Assembly (NCBI RefSeq): GCF_006345805.1
Contig: NC_042997.1
Coordinates: 70,928,001-70,992,000 of the forward strand
Source of the DNA: Octopus sinensis
Lineage: Eukaryota
Reading direction: 5' to 3'
DNA length: 64,000 bases
Shown: piece after piece, positions 1 to 11,839 of the stretch
How the letters are laid out: each line of letters opens with the position of its first letter
Position numbering within the stretch: the first letter of the stretch is position 1
Notes under the pieces: model-generated
The model's database searches: none
What the model saw: only the letters and a program-made list of their open reading frames with translations
Told to the model about the DNA's origin: nothing
Program-made: the position numbers and the translations under genes

Positions 1-1199
1 CTTTAGCTTGACTGAGTATACAGTCATGCGTGTAAGAGAAATGGAAATCTAAATAGTGAAATTTAAAAAAAAAACAGAATTTGGCAAAGACCTGAGTTTC
101 TCATAAAGATCTGCCATGAAATATATTGTTAAATCGACTGGAATTTTTCTTGTACATTTAGGTATGAAATCTGAAGAAATATTAACGGTTCTTATAAAGT
201 TTTCGTGATTCATCAAAGCCAACAAGTGTTTGAACTTTAAAAATCTATATTGCTACGAATTTCAACTGAAGTCTGATATCAGAAAGAGATGTTCAAAGTA
301 CAGTCAATGCGGATCGCCAAGTTAGAGTAGCATTGTTCGAAATAGCTAAATTTTTTTACAGCTATACAATATATTCTGTTTGATAAATGCAATTTGGTAG
401 ATTTATATAAATATATAAAAATTCCTTATGTAAAACCAGTTCTTCACAAGCTTGTAAGTTACACGATAATATATTCTTAAATAATTTATTTTCTCTTCAT
501 TAATGTTGTGTACTGTTGGAACTAACAGTCATAACTATTCTTATTTCTTCTTCCTCCACGCAAAAAAATAAAGAACTGGCTAGAATTCTTGTTGAATAGA
601 AATCAAAATATTTGTGCAAAATTATTGCTAAATTAGGTTATTATTTGTAATCTGATATATTTGTATGAAAGTGTACTACAGTCCAAATTGCTTTATCTCC
701 AATATTATACTAAGTACTCAGTAAAGACCTTGCTTCGATTAGAAGGATCTATATAATTGAAACATGCACGGAAATATCACTGCACATGCGAAGGATCAAA
801 CATACAACCTTCTTCATGCTATATTTTAAATTTTATTTAAGCTTTCTCACTATGGGTGTAGGTGTATATTTTATCAATTATAATACTTATTCTTACTATA
901 TAAAGTATGTTAATACTAACTTAAATGTCGGTAATAGGTAATTTGCAAGTCCAGTCAAAACTGTACAATTAGAAATGGGTTCCAAATCAATACATTTGTA
1001 ATTTAAGTTCAATGGAATTTGAAGTGAGATAAAACGGTTAAATCAGATTCTATAAGACGGTTGTTGCTACCACAGATATTTCTCGGTTAAGTTGCCCTGC
1101 AATATATCTGACATTTATTTGTCTATAATCCTAATTTGATCCAAATAACAATATTCTCGCAATTTATCAAGAATCAGGCAGAAACCATACATATTTTAC

Positions 1200-1550
1200 T
1201 TTTTATTTGTTTCAGTTATTAGATTATGACCATGCTAGGGCGCTGCCTTGAAGAATTATTAGTTGAATGAATCGACCCCCAGTTCTTATCTTTTTTTAAA
1301 AACCTGGTAGTTATTCAATCGTTATTTTTTGCTGAACCATTACGATACGGGAACGTAAGATCACCAAGTTCGGTTGTCACGCAGCGGTGAGGAACAAACA
1401 CAGACACAAGGCGTGTACCAAATCCTCTCACAAGGTTTTGACAAGACGAGGCTATAGCAGAAGACACTTGCCCAAGATACTACGCAGTAGGACTGGATCT
1501 GGAACCATGTGGTAGAGAAGGAAGTTTCTTAACACACATACACGCCTGCG
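1200..1550 (-). mobile_element. SINE family A, diverged
   Basis: Recognisable tail (1200-1410) and head (1415-1550). Confidence 0.7.
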
Positions 1551-2921
1551 CATATATTAATAGCATTTTATAAATTTCAAAATATGCATAGAAATTGAGC
1601 CTGCTGACACATCAATTTCTAAAATAATAAAAATTTAATCAGGATTATTAAACAAGATATCAACAGCGATCCAACAAAGCGTACGCGCGCGCACACATGC
1701 ACACAGACCAATAACATAAGCACACACACATGCATTCGCACACATACACAAATAGATATAGACATGCATATAGGCAATACACACACATATACATTTGTAT
1801 TTATATGCATGCGTGCATGTAGTATGTATGTATGCATATATGTATGTGTGTATATACACACACGCGCATATATATAACAAGAATTAGAATGAACTAGATG
1901 AAACTAGTTACAGTGGTCAATAGCTTGAGTTTGGAACAGCGGAGACGAATAAAATTATATTATAAGCTGAAGAATAATATTTGGTCAATTGAAACAATGT
2001 TCCTTGCGAGAGGAGTTGAATAAACAGCTGGTTGCAATTGCGACAACTATAAATGAGAAAGGGGGATAATCTATATAACCGCAAATTCTCCGGAATCAGT
2101 ATCATCAACGACAGAACACTTAATTTCTTACGAAGATATGAGTAGAGTTGTGAAGAGTAGTAGATACGTGTTTCTGTATCAATATTACTCATCAACACAT
2201 CGATTGTCCCACCTGATTCTTGTAGACATAAGACTTAGACACATGCACAAAAAAGAAAAAATTCGTAGGGTAATTTGCATAGTTTAAACAAAAATGAGAT
2301 CGGGCAAGTAACTTAATACGGCAAGAAATTAAAGACTAATATTATATCGTAGACGTTAAATTCTTGGTTTACTAAAACTTCGCTTCGAAGGAATTTGAAC
2401 ATATTGCCTTGTGTTGGTTTGTGTTTGCGCGTGTATTCCCGCTTCCTGTATAATCTATGGCTCTAGCTCACTTTGTCACCATGTGTCAACTTATGCTCTA
2501 CCTATCAAGACATCTCACTTTCATTACTATATGCATGCCTCTATTCTCTACTCCTATTAGCCTTTCTTCTCTCTACCACTCCAATTTTCTCCCTGGCTCT
2601 AGTTACCGCTTCTATAATTTCGGGTCACTCTTTTGATCTCGTATTGTCACATCTGAATAGGCGTCGAGTTGTTGAACACATGTTACTTGTATAACGTTAA
2701 AAAGAGCATGACCTGGGTGTATCAGAGCACACCTTACTATCACGACACTCAAATTACCATCCCTACTTTCGTACGGATCTAGTTCATTCCACATGCCTAC
2801 CTCCGTAATTATCTCCCTCCCACCGTCCTAGTCAACACACCATCAAAGCTCAAACACTTAGAACGTTAGCCACATTGTAAATACATACATTCATAAACAA
2901 ACTAACGCTGAAAAGTGACAA

Positions 2922-2994
<73 letters not shown>

Positions 2995-3081
2995 TATTCG
3001 AGACAAAACCACTATTTTGCAAAACAAACAAGGAAAGACTTAATCAATACATAAAATTTTAATAAATAGTCAAAAAAACCG

Positions 3082-3124
3082 CCACTACAATCGTTTCTTG
3101 TCTTGATCGACAATCTTCAGGTGG
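3082..3124 (-). ncRNA. Minimal type-I hammerhead ribozyme motif (mirror copy in the palindrome)
   Basis: Exact reverse complement of 3185-3227. Confidence 0.8.
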
Positions 3125-3184
3125 ACTTCCAATAATTCAGTGTCAAATTATGACTTCATAATTTGACACTGAATTATTGGAAGT

Positions 3185-3227
3185 CCACCTGAAGATTGTC
3201 GATCAAGACAAGAAACGATTGTAGTGG
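3185..3227 (+). ncRNA. Minimal type-I hammerhead ribozyme motif
   Basis: ccac-CTGAAGA-ttgtc gatcaa gacaa-GAAAC-gatt-GTA-gtgg. Canonical core, 5-bp stem II, stem I ccac/gtgg, GUA triplet. Confidence 0.8.
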
Positions 3228-3399
3228 CGGTTTTTTTGACTATTTATTAAAATTTTATGTATTGATTAAGTCTTTCCTTGTTTGTTTTGCAAAATAGTGG
3301 TTTTGTCTCGAATAATATTTTATAATATTTTACTATAAAATCGATTTAATCCTAAATCTGATTTTTTCCCTGTAAATTTGGATTTATTCCCTAATATTT

Positions 3400-3449
<50 letters not shown>

Positions 3450-3499
3450 ATATATATATATGCTCATAGATATAAACACAAAGAAATATGAAGAATTTT

Positions 3500-3635
3500 A
3501 GTGGATCGAATTGATCCCAGGGCTATATTTCCTTTTAAAGCCTGCTACTTATTCAATGAGTTTCTTTTGCCGAACCACTTGGTTACGGGGGTGGGGCCGA
3601 AAAAGCACCAACCGGTTGTCAAGTGGTGATTTACG
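3500..3635 (-). mobile_element. SINE family A tail fragment
   Basis: ttttgccgaacc..ttacggg..ggttgtcaag. Confidence 0.6.
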
Positions 3636-4229
3636 ATAAATACAAACACAAATACAAGCATACATGCACACACACGCGCGCCCGCACACACGCATTCATT
3701 CAAACATACAAACATTCATACATTCACACATTCACACTGTAGATAGCTACAGACGCATATTTCTATGAATTTATATGTGCGTGTATATACATGTACGCTC
3801 ATATGAATAAACATACACATTGTTATATTTATTTTGTATAATAGAAAATACTGGTTATGCACTGATGAAAGTGCATATCTCGATATTTATATACTTGCAT
3901 GACGGTACTTCTGAGAGACATTGTGTGTGTGTGTGTGCATGTGTGAGCGTATGTGTGTGTGCGTGAGTTTATTCAGGTGCCTCTGCGTCTATACACACGC
4001 AAACACACACACACGTAATATTGAGTATGTTTTGGATCCTATTTTATTTATGTTTTTCTTAACCTTGATATCTAGCGTTATTTCTATCGTATATTCTATA
4101 TGTATAAGTGATTTTTAGACGATTTAGGCGGTTTGCCATTTTAAAAGTTGACATTTTTATTCCTATATTTATCAACCACTCATTCGTTTTGCACCTCCTG
4201 TATTTATCACGCATAACTCCTTACATGTA

Positions 4230-4280
<51 letters not shown>

Positions 4281-4312
4281 TACATACATATATATATATA
4301 TATAATATATAT

Positions 4313-4350
<38 letters not shown>

Positions 4351-5137
4351 CAGTTACTATATCCTGGCAGGTTCTGGCTGATAGCACCGAATGATATGGA
4401 GTGACCTGAGACTTTTAACGCAAACAAACCCAATATATTTCAGCCGATTTGTAAATCTTGCTTTATAAAAGTTTGGCCATGTGTATATACAAGAGAATTA
4501 CAATAAATATGGAGAATTATACATCAGCATAGCTTTTATCATTGTCATTTATACAGTACATTCTCTTAAACCCCGTCCGACATATATTTCTGCATTGATA
4601 TCATGGTATGTACTATGTGGTATTTACATGCATTCTGTTTGCTCATATGTCTCCAGATTTCATCCTGGTTAAAAATGTATCCATACAGTTTTGTTCAAGG
4701 TGTTTTCACTATTAAAGTTTAAAGCGAACTGGAGTATAATAGATTTGACAGTTTTATATGTTTGGTTAGGTAGGATTAGTGATGAGTGCAAAAAATATGA
4801 GAAGTAGTAGTGAGAAATTTGATATGGATATATTTCCGTTATCAAATCGGCCCTAGGATGACCCTAAGGCTTAGATGTAGAACAATGAATGCCAGATATC
4901 AAACTACGTCAGAGTATATTTCATCCACTAGCCTTAAACAAAATAGATAGGAATATATTCTGGGAGAATATGTTCCTACTTATTCCTACCTACATTGAAG
5001 GTAGTTAATTAATTTAAAGATACAGAGATATAAGATAAAGTCAGGTCATTTTTCACAATGAGGTAGATTCCTTCCACCTACAGTGAAATCACAATTTGTA
5101 ACTGTGCAACAATTTTACGTCTGTATGTAATAACAAA

Positions 5138-5170
<33 letters not shown>

Positions 5171-5172
<2 letters not shown>

Positions 5173-7730
5173 AAAATAGTAAAAAGTGAAAAAACTACAG
5201 AAGGCTTAAAGGTTAAAAAATATATATATTTGAGTCAATATGTCTGAAGAATATTAAAAGATTTTTTCCTTAAAATGACATAGTTTAGAAGAAAGACCGG
5301 TTTCGCGTTTAGCTTTTCAAATTTCTTACGACGTTATGTTTATGTTGAACAGAGTTATCGTTATGTTTATGTTTAAAAGAGTTCTAAATAAGGGGAGGTA
5401 ATGAGTGATTTCTTCCGGTGTAAGGGAGATAATCGCTTAAATTTTTTTTCCTTTCCCTTGGTGTGAATTTCTCTGTATCAGTATGTTGGCATGGTTAAGT
5501 CTGGGCTTGTATTTTTCAATGAAGAATGTTTCCTTGTTTAGTCTAATTTGTGTTGATGATCCGATAGCACATTGGTAGAATGGAAAGATTAAAAATTGTG
5601 GTAGTAGTTGCTTTGCGCATTTCTCAATGTGCTCACTAAAAGGTATCATTCTGTATTCTGGGAATGCAATCTGTTGTCGATGCAGTGTGCATCTACGTCT
5701 GAGTGATAGTCCCGTGGATCCCACGTAGTCTTGGTGTCAGCCCGAGCATTTTATGACATAAATTATGTTTTCAGAGGCACAAGTAAAGTTAGATTTGATC
5801 TTGAATTTCTGTCCCTCTTTAAAGAGGAATTCTGATCCTTCTAGCAGGTTTGGACATGTTGCACAGTTCGATCTACCACATTTTTTACTTTTGCATCCGT
5901 AATTTCAGAAAACAATTTTGCCTTTGTGAGAATCTTTTTAAGTGATTTAGGTTGTTTGTAGCTTTTAATGATTTGGTGTATGTTTAGAATTTCCTTTAAT
6001 TTGGGGTCCTTATGAAGTATTGGTAAATTCTGGGTGATGATGGTGAAGGCTTCTTTGTTTCTAGTTTGTATGTAGATATATAAGGTAGTATTTTCGGGGA
6101 AGGTGTGTTGTTGTGTTGAACTTTTCTTAAAGTTTCTATGTTGATTTCTGTTGCACGTCTGATCCCATCCTCTATGAGTTGAGCTGGGTAATGTTTGTCA
6201 ATTAGGGTGTTTTTGAGTTCTTGCAGTCTAAAGTTCCTGGTATTTTGTTCTGACACTATTGTGCATATCCTTCTTGCAAGGTTGAAGGGGATGTTTGTTT
6301 TAGTGTGTCTTGGGTGGCATGAATTAAAAAGAAGATATTGTTTGGCGTCTGTGGCTTTGTAAAAAATGTCTGTTTCTATTTTAAGGTTAATTTTTTTAAT
6401 TAGTATATCCAAGAACGGGAGCTCCTTTTGGTTGTATTCCGTTGTGAACTGTATATTTGGGTTTATGCTGTTCAATAGGTTTTTAAATTTTAGGAGTTTA
6501 TCTGTGTTTTCATTCCAGAGTATAAAACAATCGTCTAAGAGTCGTTTCCAATTCTCTTTTATGTATTGCGAAAGGGGGTTTCCAAAGATTGATAAATATT
6601 CCTGGTAAATGATTATGTCCATGTAGCCCATTGTTAGGTTCGCAATAACTGGTGCTGCCCTTGTACCCATAGCAATTCCGGATTTTTGACGGTAAAATGT
6701 ATTGTCAAACATGAAATGGTTATTATGTAGGATGAATTCAATTGATTTAGTAATGAATTCTTTACTGATCCTTTTTGGTATTTCTACTGGAAATTGGTCC
6801 AGCCAGAACTGTATTGCCTCTAGTCCATAATTATGAGGTATACTGGTATATAAGTTAACTACATCAAATGAAACCAGGATTGTTTCTTCCTTGGCTTTTT
6901 TTGGAAGGTGGTTTAGCATATCTAAGTCATCTCTGATATGGCTATCGATATGTTTAAGGAAGGGTTTCAGGAGGATGTCCATAAATAGACTTAGTCTGTG
7001 TGTTTCACAGGTTGGGCCAGCTACAATGGGTCGTAGTTTTAGGTCCCCCGGGTTAGGTGTGTGTATGTATGTCTTTGGTGATTTTTTAATGGTTTCATTT
7101 ATAATTTGGCTTTTATGAATTTTTGGCAGACCATAGAAGAGGCTAGGTTTGCATTTAAAGTTTGTTAGAAAGTCAATCTCTTTGGTTGTTAGTTCCTTTT
7201 CATGGGTTTTAATTAGTGAAGATAGAGTTTTCATTATTTTTTGTGGGGTGTAGTTGGTAATTTTTTCATAATGTAGGTCGTCATCAAGCAAGGAAATTAC
7301 AAGATTTCTATAGTATGATGTATCCATTATTACAACTGCATTTCCCTTGTCCGCTTCCTTAATGGTTATATCCTCATCATTTTGAAGTTCTATCAGTTCC
7401 TTCCATTGTGTAGTCTTAAAATTTGAGTTAACTTTCTGTTTATGTATAGTATGGTAGGGAAAGTTCTCAATGTGGTTACAGAATTCATCAAGATTTTTAT
7501 TTCTTCCTCTGTGGGGGATGTGTTCACTTTTGTTCTTGACTAGTGATTCATCTTCAGTATTGAAACTGGTTGATGCTTCTGCTAGTCTTAATTTTCTGCA
7601 AAATTCTGTTATATTATCCTTGATTTCATTTAGGTTGGCTCTGCGTGGAGTTGGTGTAAATTTGAGCCCTTTTGAGAGGATGTCAATTTTTATGTTAGAA
7701 AGAGGTTTGGTTGAAAGATTGATTATCTTC

Positions 7731-7735
<5 letters not shown>
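5171..7735 (-). mobile_element. Penelope-like retroelement (RT + C-terminal GIY-YIG endonuclease), 5'-truncated, probably Neptune-type
   Basis: IINLS..KGLKFTPTP N-terminus; DKGNAVV; FYGLPKIHK; LRPIV; SFDVVNLYTSI; QKSGIAMG; WKRLLDDCF (catalytic DD; CTC is one change from F); LPFLDI. A 1-nt frameshift near 6065 is followed by the linker CGRSNCATC and NIIYVIKCSG*HQDYVGST..RRRCTLH..FIEKYKPRLN. (TA)n on both sides (5141-5170, 7735-7782). Confidence 0.93.
5289..5327 (-). ncRNA. Minimal type-I hammerhead-like motif (U3/A8 core variant) in the 3' terminal region of the PLE
   Basis: Minus strand: aagaaa-t-TTGAAAA-gc taaac gc-GAAAC-CG-GTC-tttctt. Stem I 6 bp (one bulged U), stem II 2 bp, palindromic ACCGGT in stem III, GUC triplet. 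Confidence 0.6.
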
Positions 7736-7782
<47 letters not shown>

Positions 7783-7785
<3 letters not shown>

Positions 7786-7952
7786 TTTGACTTGCTTCAG
7801 TCATTTCAGTGCGGCCATGCTGGAGCACCGCCTTTAGTCGACCAAATCGACCCAGGACTTATTCTTTGTAAGCCTAGTACTTATTCTACCATTGTCTTAT
7901 GTAGAACAGCTAAGTTGAGGGGACGGAAACATAGCAACATCAGTTGTCAAGC
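7783..7952 (-). mobile_element. SINE family A tail, abutting the (TA)n at the PLE 5' end
   Basis: cttcagtcatt..ggccatgctggagcaccgcctttagtcgacc. Confidence 0.8.
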
Positions 7953-7984
7953 GTACCCGAAACCACGCGCCTTTGGGATATATA

Positions 7985-8263
7985 TAGGTCGTGAGTTCGA
8001 TTCCCTGCGACGCGTTGTGTCCTTGAGCAAGACACTTTATTTCACCTTGCTCCAGTCTACTCAGCTGGCAAAAATGAGTTGTACCTGTATTTCAAATGGC
8101 CGGCTTTGTCACGCTCTATGTCACGCTGAATCTCCCTGAGAACTACGTTAGGGGTACACGTGTCTCTGGATTGCTTAGTCACCTGCACGTTAATTTCATG
8201 AGCAGGCCGTTCCGTTGATCGTATCAGCTGGGACCCTCGTCGTCATAAACGACGGAGTGTTCC
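7985..8263 (+). mobile_element. tRNA-derived SINE family C
   Basis: B box gagttcgattccc, CORE-like gtgtccttgagcaagacacttta, tail ccctcgtcgtcataaacgacggagtg. Confidence 0.7.
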
Positions 8264-8274
8264 TTTATATCCCA

Positions 8275-8485
8275 AATCACCGCTTGACAATCAGGGTTGG
8301 TACGTTTATTTCCCCGTAACACAATAGTTCGGCAAAAGAAAATGTTAGAATAATTGCCAGGTTTTTAAAAGAAAAAATAGTCCTGGGGTTGACTCGTTCG
8401 ACTAAAATTTTTCAAGGCGTTGCACACTCCACCTCCGTCTAGCTACAGTCTACTGAGTGAAACAAGCGTAAGAAAAGATAAATAA
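8275..8485 (+). mobile_element. SINE family A tail, diverged
   Basis: ccgcttgacaa..ccccgtaac..gttcggcaaaaga..gtcctggggttgac..gagtgaaacaagcgtaagaaaaga. Confidence 0.65.
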
Positions 8486-8647
8486 TAGGAAAACGAAGTT
8501 GCAGCCATGGCGGCGTAGAAAACGTATACATAAGATCAACAAAATAGCAAAACAAAAACTGTGCTTTTGACCGTTGGTCAAATGGCATTTTCTTTAACGC
8601 TTTTGGTGTGATATGATATTTCATGCTGCAACTTCATTGATCTTCTG

Positions 8648-8701
<54 letters not shown>

Positions 8702-9168
8702 ACACACGCATTCTCTTTCTCTCTCACTCACTCTTTTTCTCTCTCGCTTTATCACCATCTCCCACTCTTTTCCCTCATTCTCTCTCTACTTCCTTCTCAA
8801 TTTTTTATTGTAAAAAGTTTTATATCGCTGTCACCTATCACATTTAGCTGTTTGTCACACGAACTTTTCTCTTCCCTCGAATATGTTTTTCTCCTTTTAC
8901 AGTTTCTTTTCACATTTATGCATACTCAGTGACATATCACACAGACATTTCATTTTGTCACGTATGAGGATTTATATGATTCTACATTCAAACAATTGTC
9001 AGTGAAATCCTAAAGACAGAAGCAATAAAGATATTTCAGATAAATATATTAGTTGTTGTTTCTAACTAAAGACTGTTTTCATTTAATGAAGGCAGTCATT
9101 AATCTTATTGCTCAAAGTGTAGAGAATACATTTAAAGGATATACATGCACACACATGTGCATACGACC

Positions 9169-9201
<33 letters not shown>

Positions 9202-9355
9202 TAAATTAATACATATATATATACACATACTTAGTATTATTATGTATATATATATATGTTTACAAATTCATACATGCAGACAGATGTATATGTATATATA
9301 TATATACATATATATATATACATGTATATATATATATATATATTCATGCATAGAA

Positions 9356-9407
<52 letters not shown>

Positions 9408-10599
9408 GTATGTATGATTGTGTGTATGTGTGTGTATTGATATTGTTCACTTGTTAATAACTGCGTAAAATCCTGGTGTCATTAGTTCATTGGTATCTCT
9501 GATGTGTAACTCTGTATCGGTCGTGTTGCCGTAGATCTCAAAGTGCTGGAATTGTTACTTGTCTGTGAAGCAGTGTCTGTGCTTTGAAAGAAATCACGCG
9601 CATACTTCCAATTCAATGAACAATTGTATTCAGTTCCCAGTGACAGCCAACCAAAATGTAGCAATTGATGCCAAGCTGTTCTTTATTTCTGTATTTCCCG
9701 CCTAGATATTCTTTACCTTTCATTGATTTGCAAACAATTGGTTTTATAATTAGTACGATTCAGTATTCGTATTGATATATATTGTATGTGATACGTATGA
9801 GCATCTAGGAATTACTTCAGATCAACTATGGTTGCAGTAGAAGAATGAAATACTGACAGCAAATGTTCATTTCATTTATATCTAGAGTGCTTTGGCAGAG
9901 ATGTAATAAAATTAATTGAACCTCAACTACGGTTTCAACATTTATATTATGGAATAATCTCAAAGAGGGATTTGAAACCTGCTCCGCAACGTTATGAATC
10001 ATTTATGAATTAAACGATCATTAGCAATAGCTGTGAGTTGCGCCTACACATCATAAAGATTAAAGAGAACAAGAAATTCTCCAGTAAAGTAGTCAGGAGT
10101 CTACAAGTAACGGAAAGCAACCACCCATACACCTGTAAGTCTCAGCTATTATCGACTCAGCTTCTTCTCCGGTGTACTTATCAAGAATTTATCAGTTTCT
10201 TGAATAGTTCGCATCTAAACTACCTTCAGTAACTATTAGCATATTGGTCGACCGAATTCATATAACTAGCTGCCACGATGACAAAATTGACCAGTATAAA
10301 AAAACTACTTTACAGCTTGCAATATTAAATTCAACTAATGTGTGTACAGTGTAAAACCAGAGCATGTCCGTCACAGAGGATAAAATTGGAAAAATGATAT
10401 ACATTCGAAGGCTTCAGTGATGTTCCCACGATGCAGTGAATTGCACAGTAATAAATTTCGTTACTGGATCTCATGTAGTGTGTAAGGAGAAATAATACAA
10501 AAGAAATTCGTTCGGTGAAATGCAAGATCAACGGAAGAATTATAAATTATTTAGTTACTGTTGTTTAACCCCCAAGTTAAACATGAAGTTAAACATTAA

Positions 10600-11182
10600 C
10601 CAACATTAGCCACCCCAAAAGCGGGTCTTCACCCTAAAAAAGTCTTACTTTCTGCCTGGTGGGATTTTAAAGGAATTCTGTTCTATGAACTTCTCCCAAG
10701 TAACCAGACAATTAATTCTGAGAATTACTGCTGACAACTGGACGAGTTAAAAGCAGCAATTCAAGAGAAACGTCCAGAATTGGCCAACAGGAAGGTGTGG
10801 TTTTCCAACATGATAATGCAAGACCGCACGTTTATTTAAGAACCAGACAAAAATTACTGCAGCTCGGCTGGGATGTGTTACGCATCCTCCATATTCACCA
10901 GATTTTGCTCCTTCGGATTTCCACTTATTCAGGTCTCCGCAGTATAGTCTTAATTGTAAAAATTTCCATTCCTTGGATGACGTAAAAAGATACCTCGATG
11001 AATTCTTTGCCATGAAACCACCTCAATTCTGCGAAGAGGGTATTTTCCACTTAAAGGAAAAATGGAGACGCATTGTGCAACAAAATGGTTCGTATTTGGT
11101 TGATTAAAAATGTAATGGCAAGTAATTATTGACCTTTTTCTTTCCTTTAAAAATCGGCACGATCTTTCCGGACAACCCAATA
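10600..11182 (+). mobile_element. Mariner (Tc1/mariner, DD34D) transposase remnant, 3' half with right TIR
   Basis: HPKKVLLSAWWDFKGILFYELL; FQHDNARPH; HPPYSPDFAPSDFHLFRS; NGSYLVD* (stop 11105-11107). Contains a stop and frameshifts. Terminal ...gatctttccggacaacccaa followed by TA. Confidence 0.92.
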
Positions 11183-11199
11183 TCATTCGATGAAAATCC

Positions 11200-11350
11200 A
11201 CAGCTTATTTTCCTAGGTGTGATGGAAAGTATCCGATGTCCACAGCCAGCAGACTAAAGTGACAATTTTTAGTGGTCATGCTTCAAGAACCCAGCAGAGG
11301 ACTTTTGCAGTCCCAAGCAGTGCTGATTTTTGGAGATGTTCTATCGTTAC
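11200..11350 (-). mobile_element. R4/Dong-type LINE C-terminus and 3' UTR
   Basis: IEHLQKSALLGTAKVLCWVLEA* matches the LQKxxLLGTAxILRxxL terminus of the other copies in this window. Confidence 0.7.
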
Positions 11351-11499
11351 ATTTGTTCTATCGTTACATGAAAGGACAAGAATAAAATACACAGAGAGTA
11401 CGCCAGACAGTTTGAAGAACACTTCTACATTGCCACATTTGGAGAGCCAATGAAGATGTATGCAGAACAATATCTTGGTCTTAGTTAAAAAAAGGGGCA

Positions 11500-11836
11500 A
11501 TTAAAAAAAGAAACAGAGAGTCTAACTGTAGCAGTCCAAGATCAAGCGATAAAAACAAACAACTTGAGAAAAAATATACAAGGAGAGAATGTGTCAGAAA
11601 AACGTAGAGCCTGTGGTACTTGGAACGAGACAGTGGTACACGTTACAGCAGAATGCCACAAGTTAGCACATGAAGAATATAAGAAATGAAGGCACGACCA
11701 GGTGGTAAAAGTTTTAAACTAGAAATTTTACTAGAAATGGGGATCTGAAGCTGGAAACACATGGTACAATTATCGAGTCCAATGTGTACTAGAGTCGGAG
11801 AAATGTAACATTTTGTTGGACTTTCCAATTCACGGG
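11500..11836 (+). mobile_element. R4/Dong-type LINE fragment (CCHC region), inverted relative to its flanks
   Basis: LKKETESLTVAVQDQAIKT..RACG..ETVVHVTAECHKLA..RHDQV..WYNY..ILLDFPIH. Confidence 0.75.
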
Positions 11837-11839
11837 TCA

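Larger units (their letters stand above)
2985..3324. repeat. Perfect palindrome (169-bp arms, 2-nt loop) in a (TA)n-flanked PLE-terminus-like element that continues to ~3412
   Basis: Base-by-base comparison: 2985-3153 is the exact reverse complement of 3156-3324; loop 'ct' at 3154-3155. (TA)n at 2927-2988 and ~3415-3460. Confidence 0.95.

Noticed and set aside
5171-5436. SECIS element downstream of the PLE ORF
   Set aside because: No AUGA/GA quartet seen on the minus strand; only a short tandem duplication and the hammerhead-like motif.
7736-7828. First ~31 residues of the 610-aa ORF (MLQHGRTEM..IYIYIY)
   Set aside because: Read-through from a SINE tail and the (TA)n tract; PLE homology starts at KPKIINLS (~7735).
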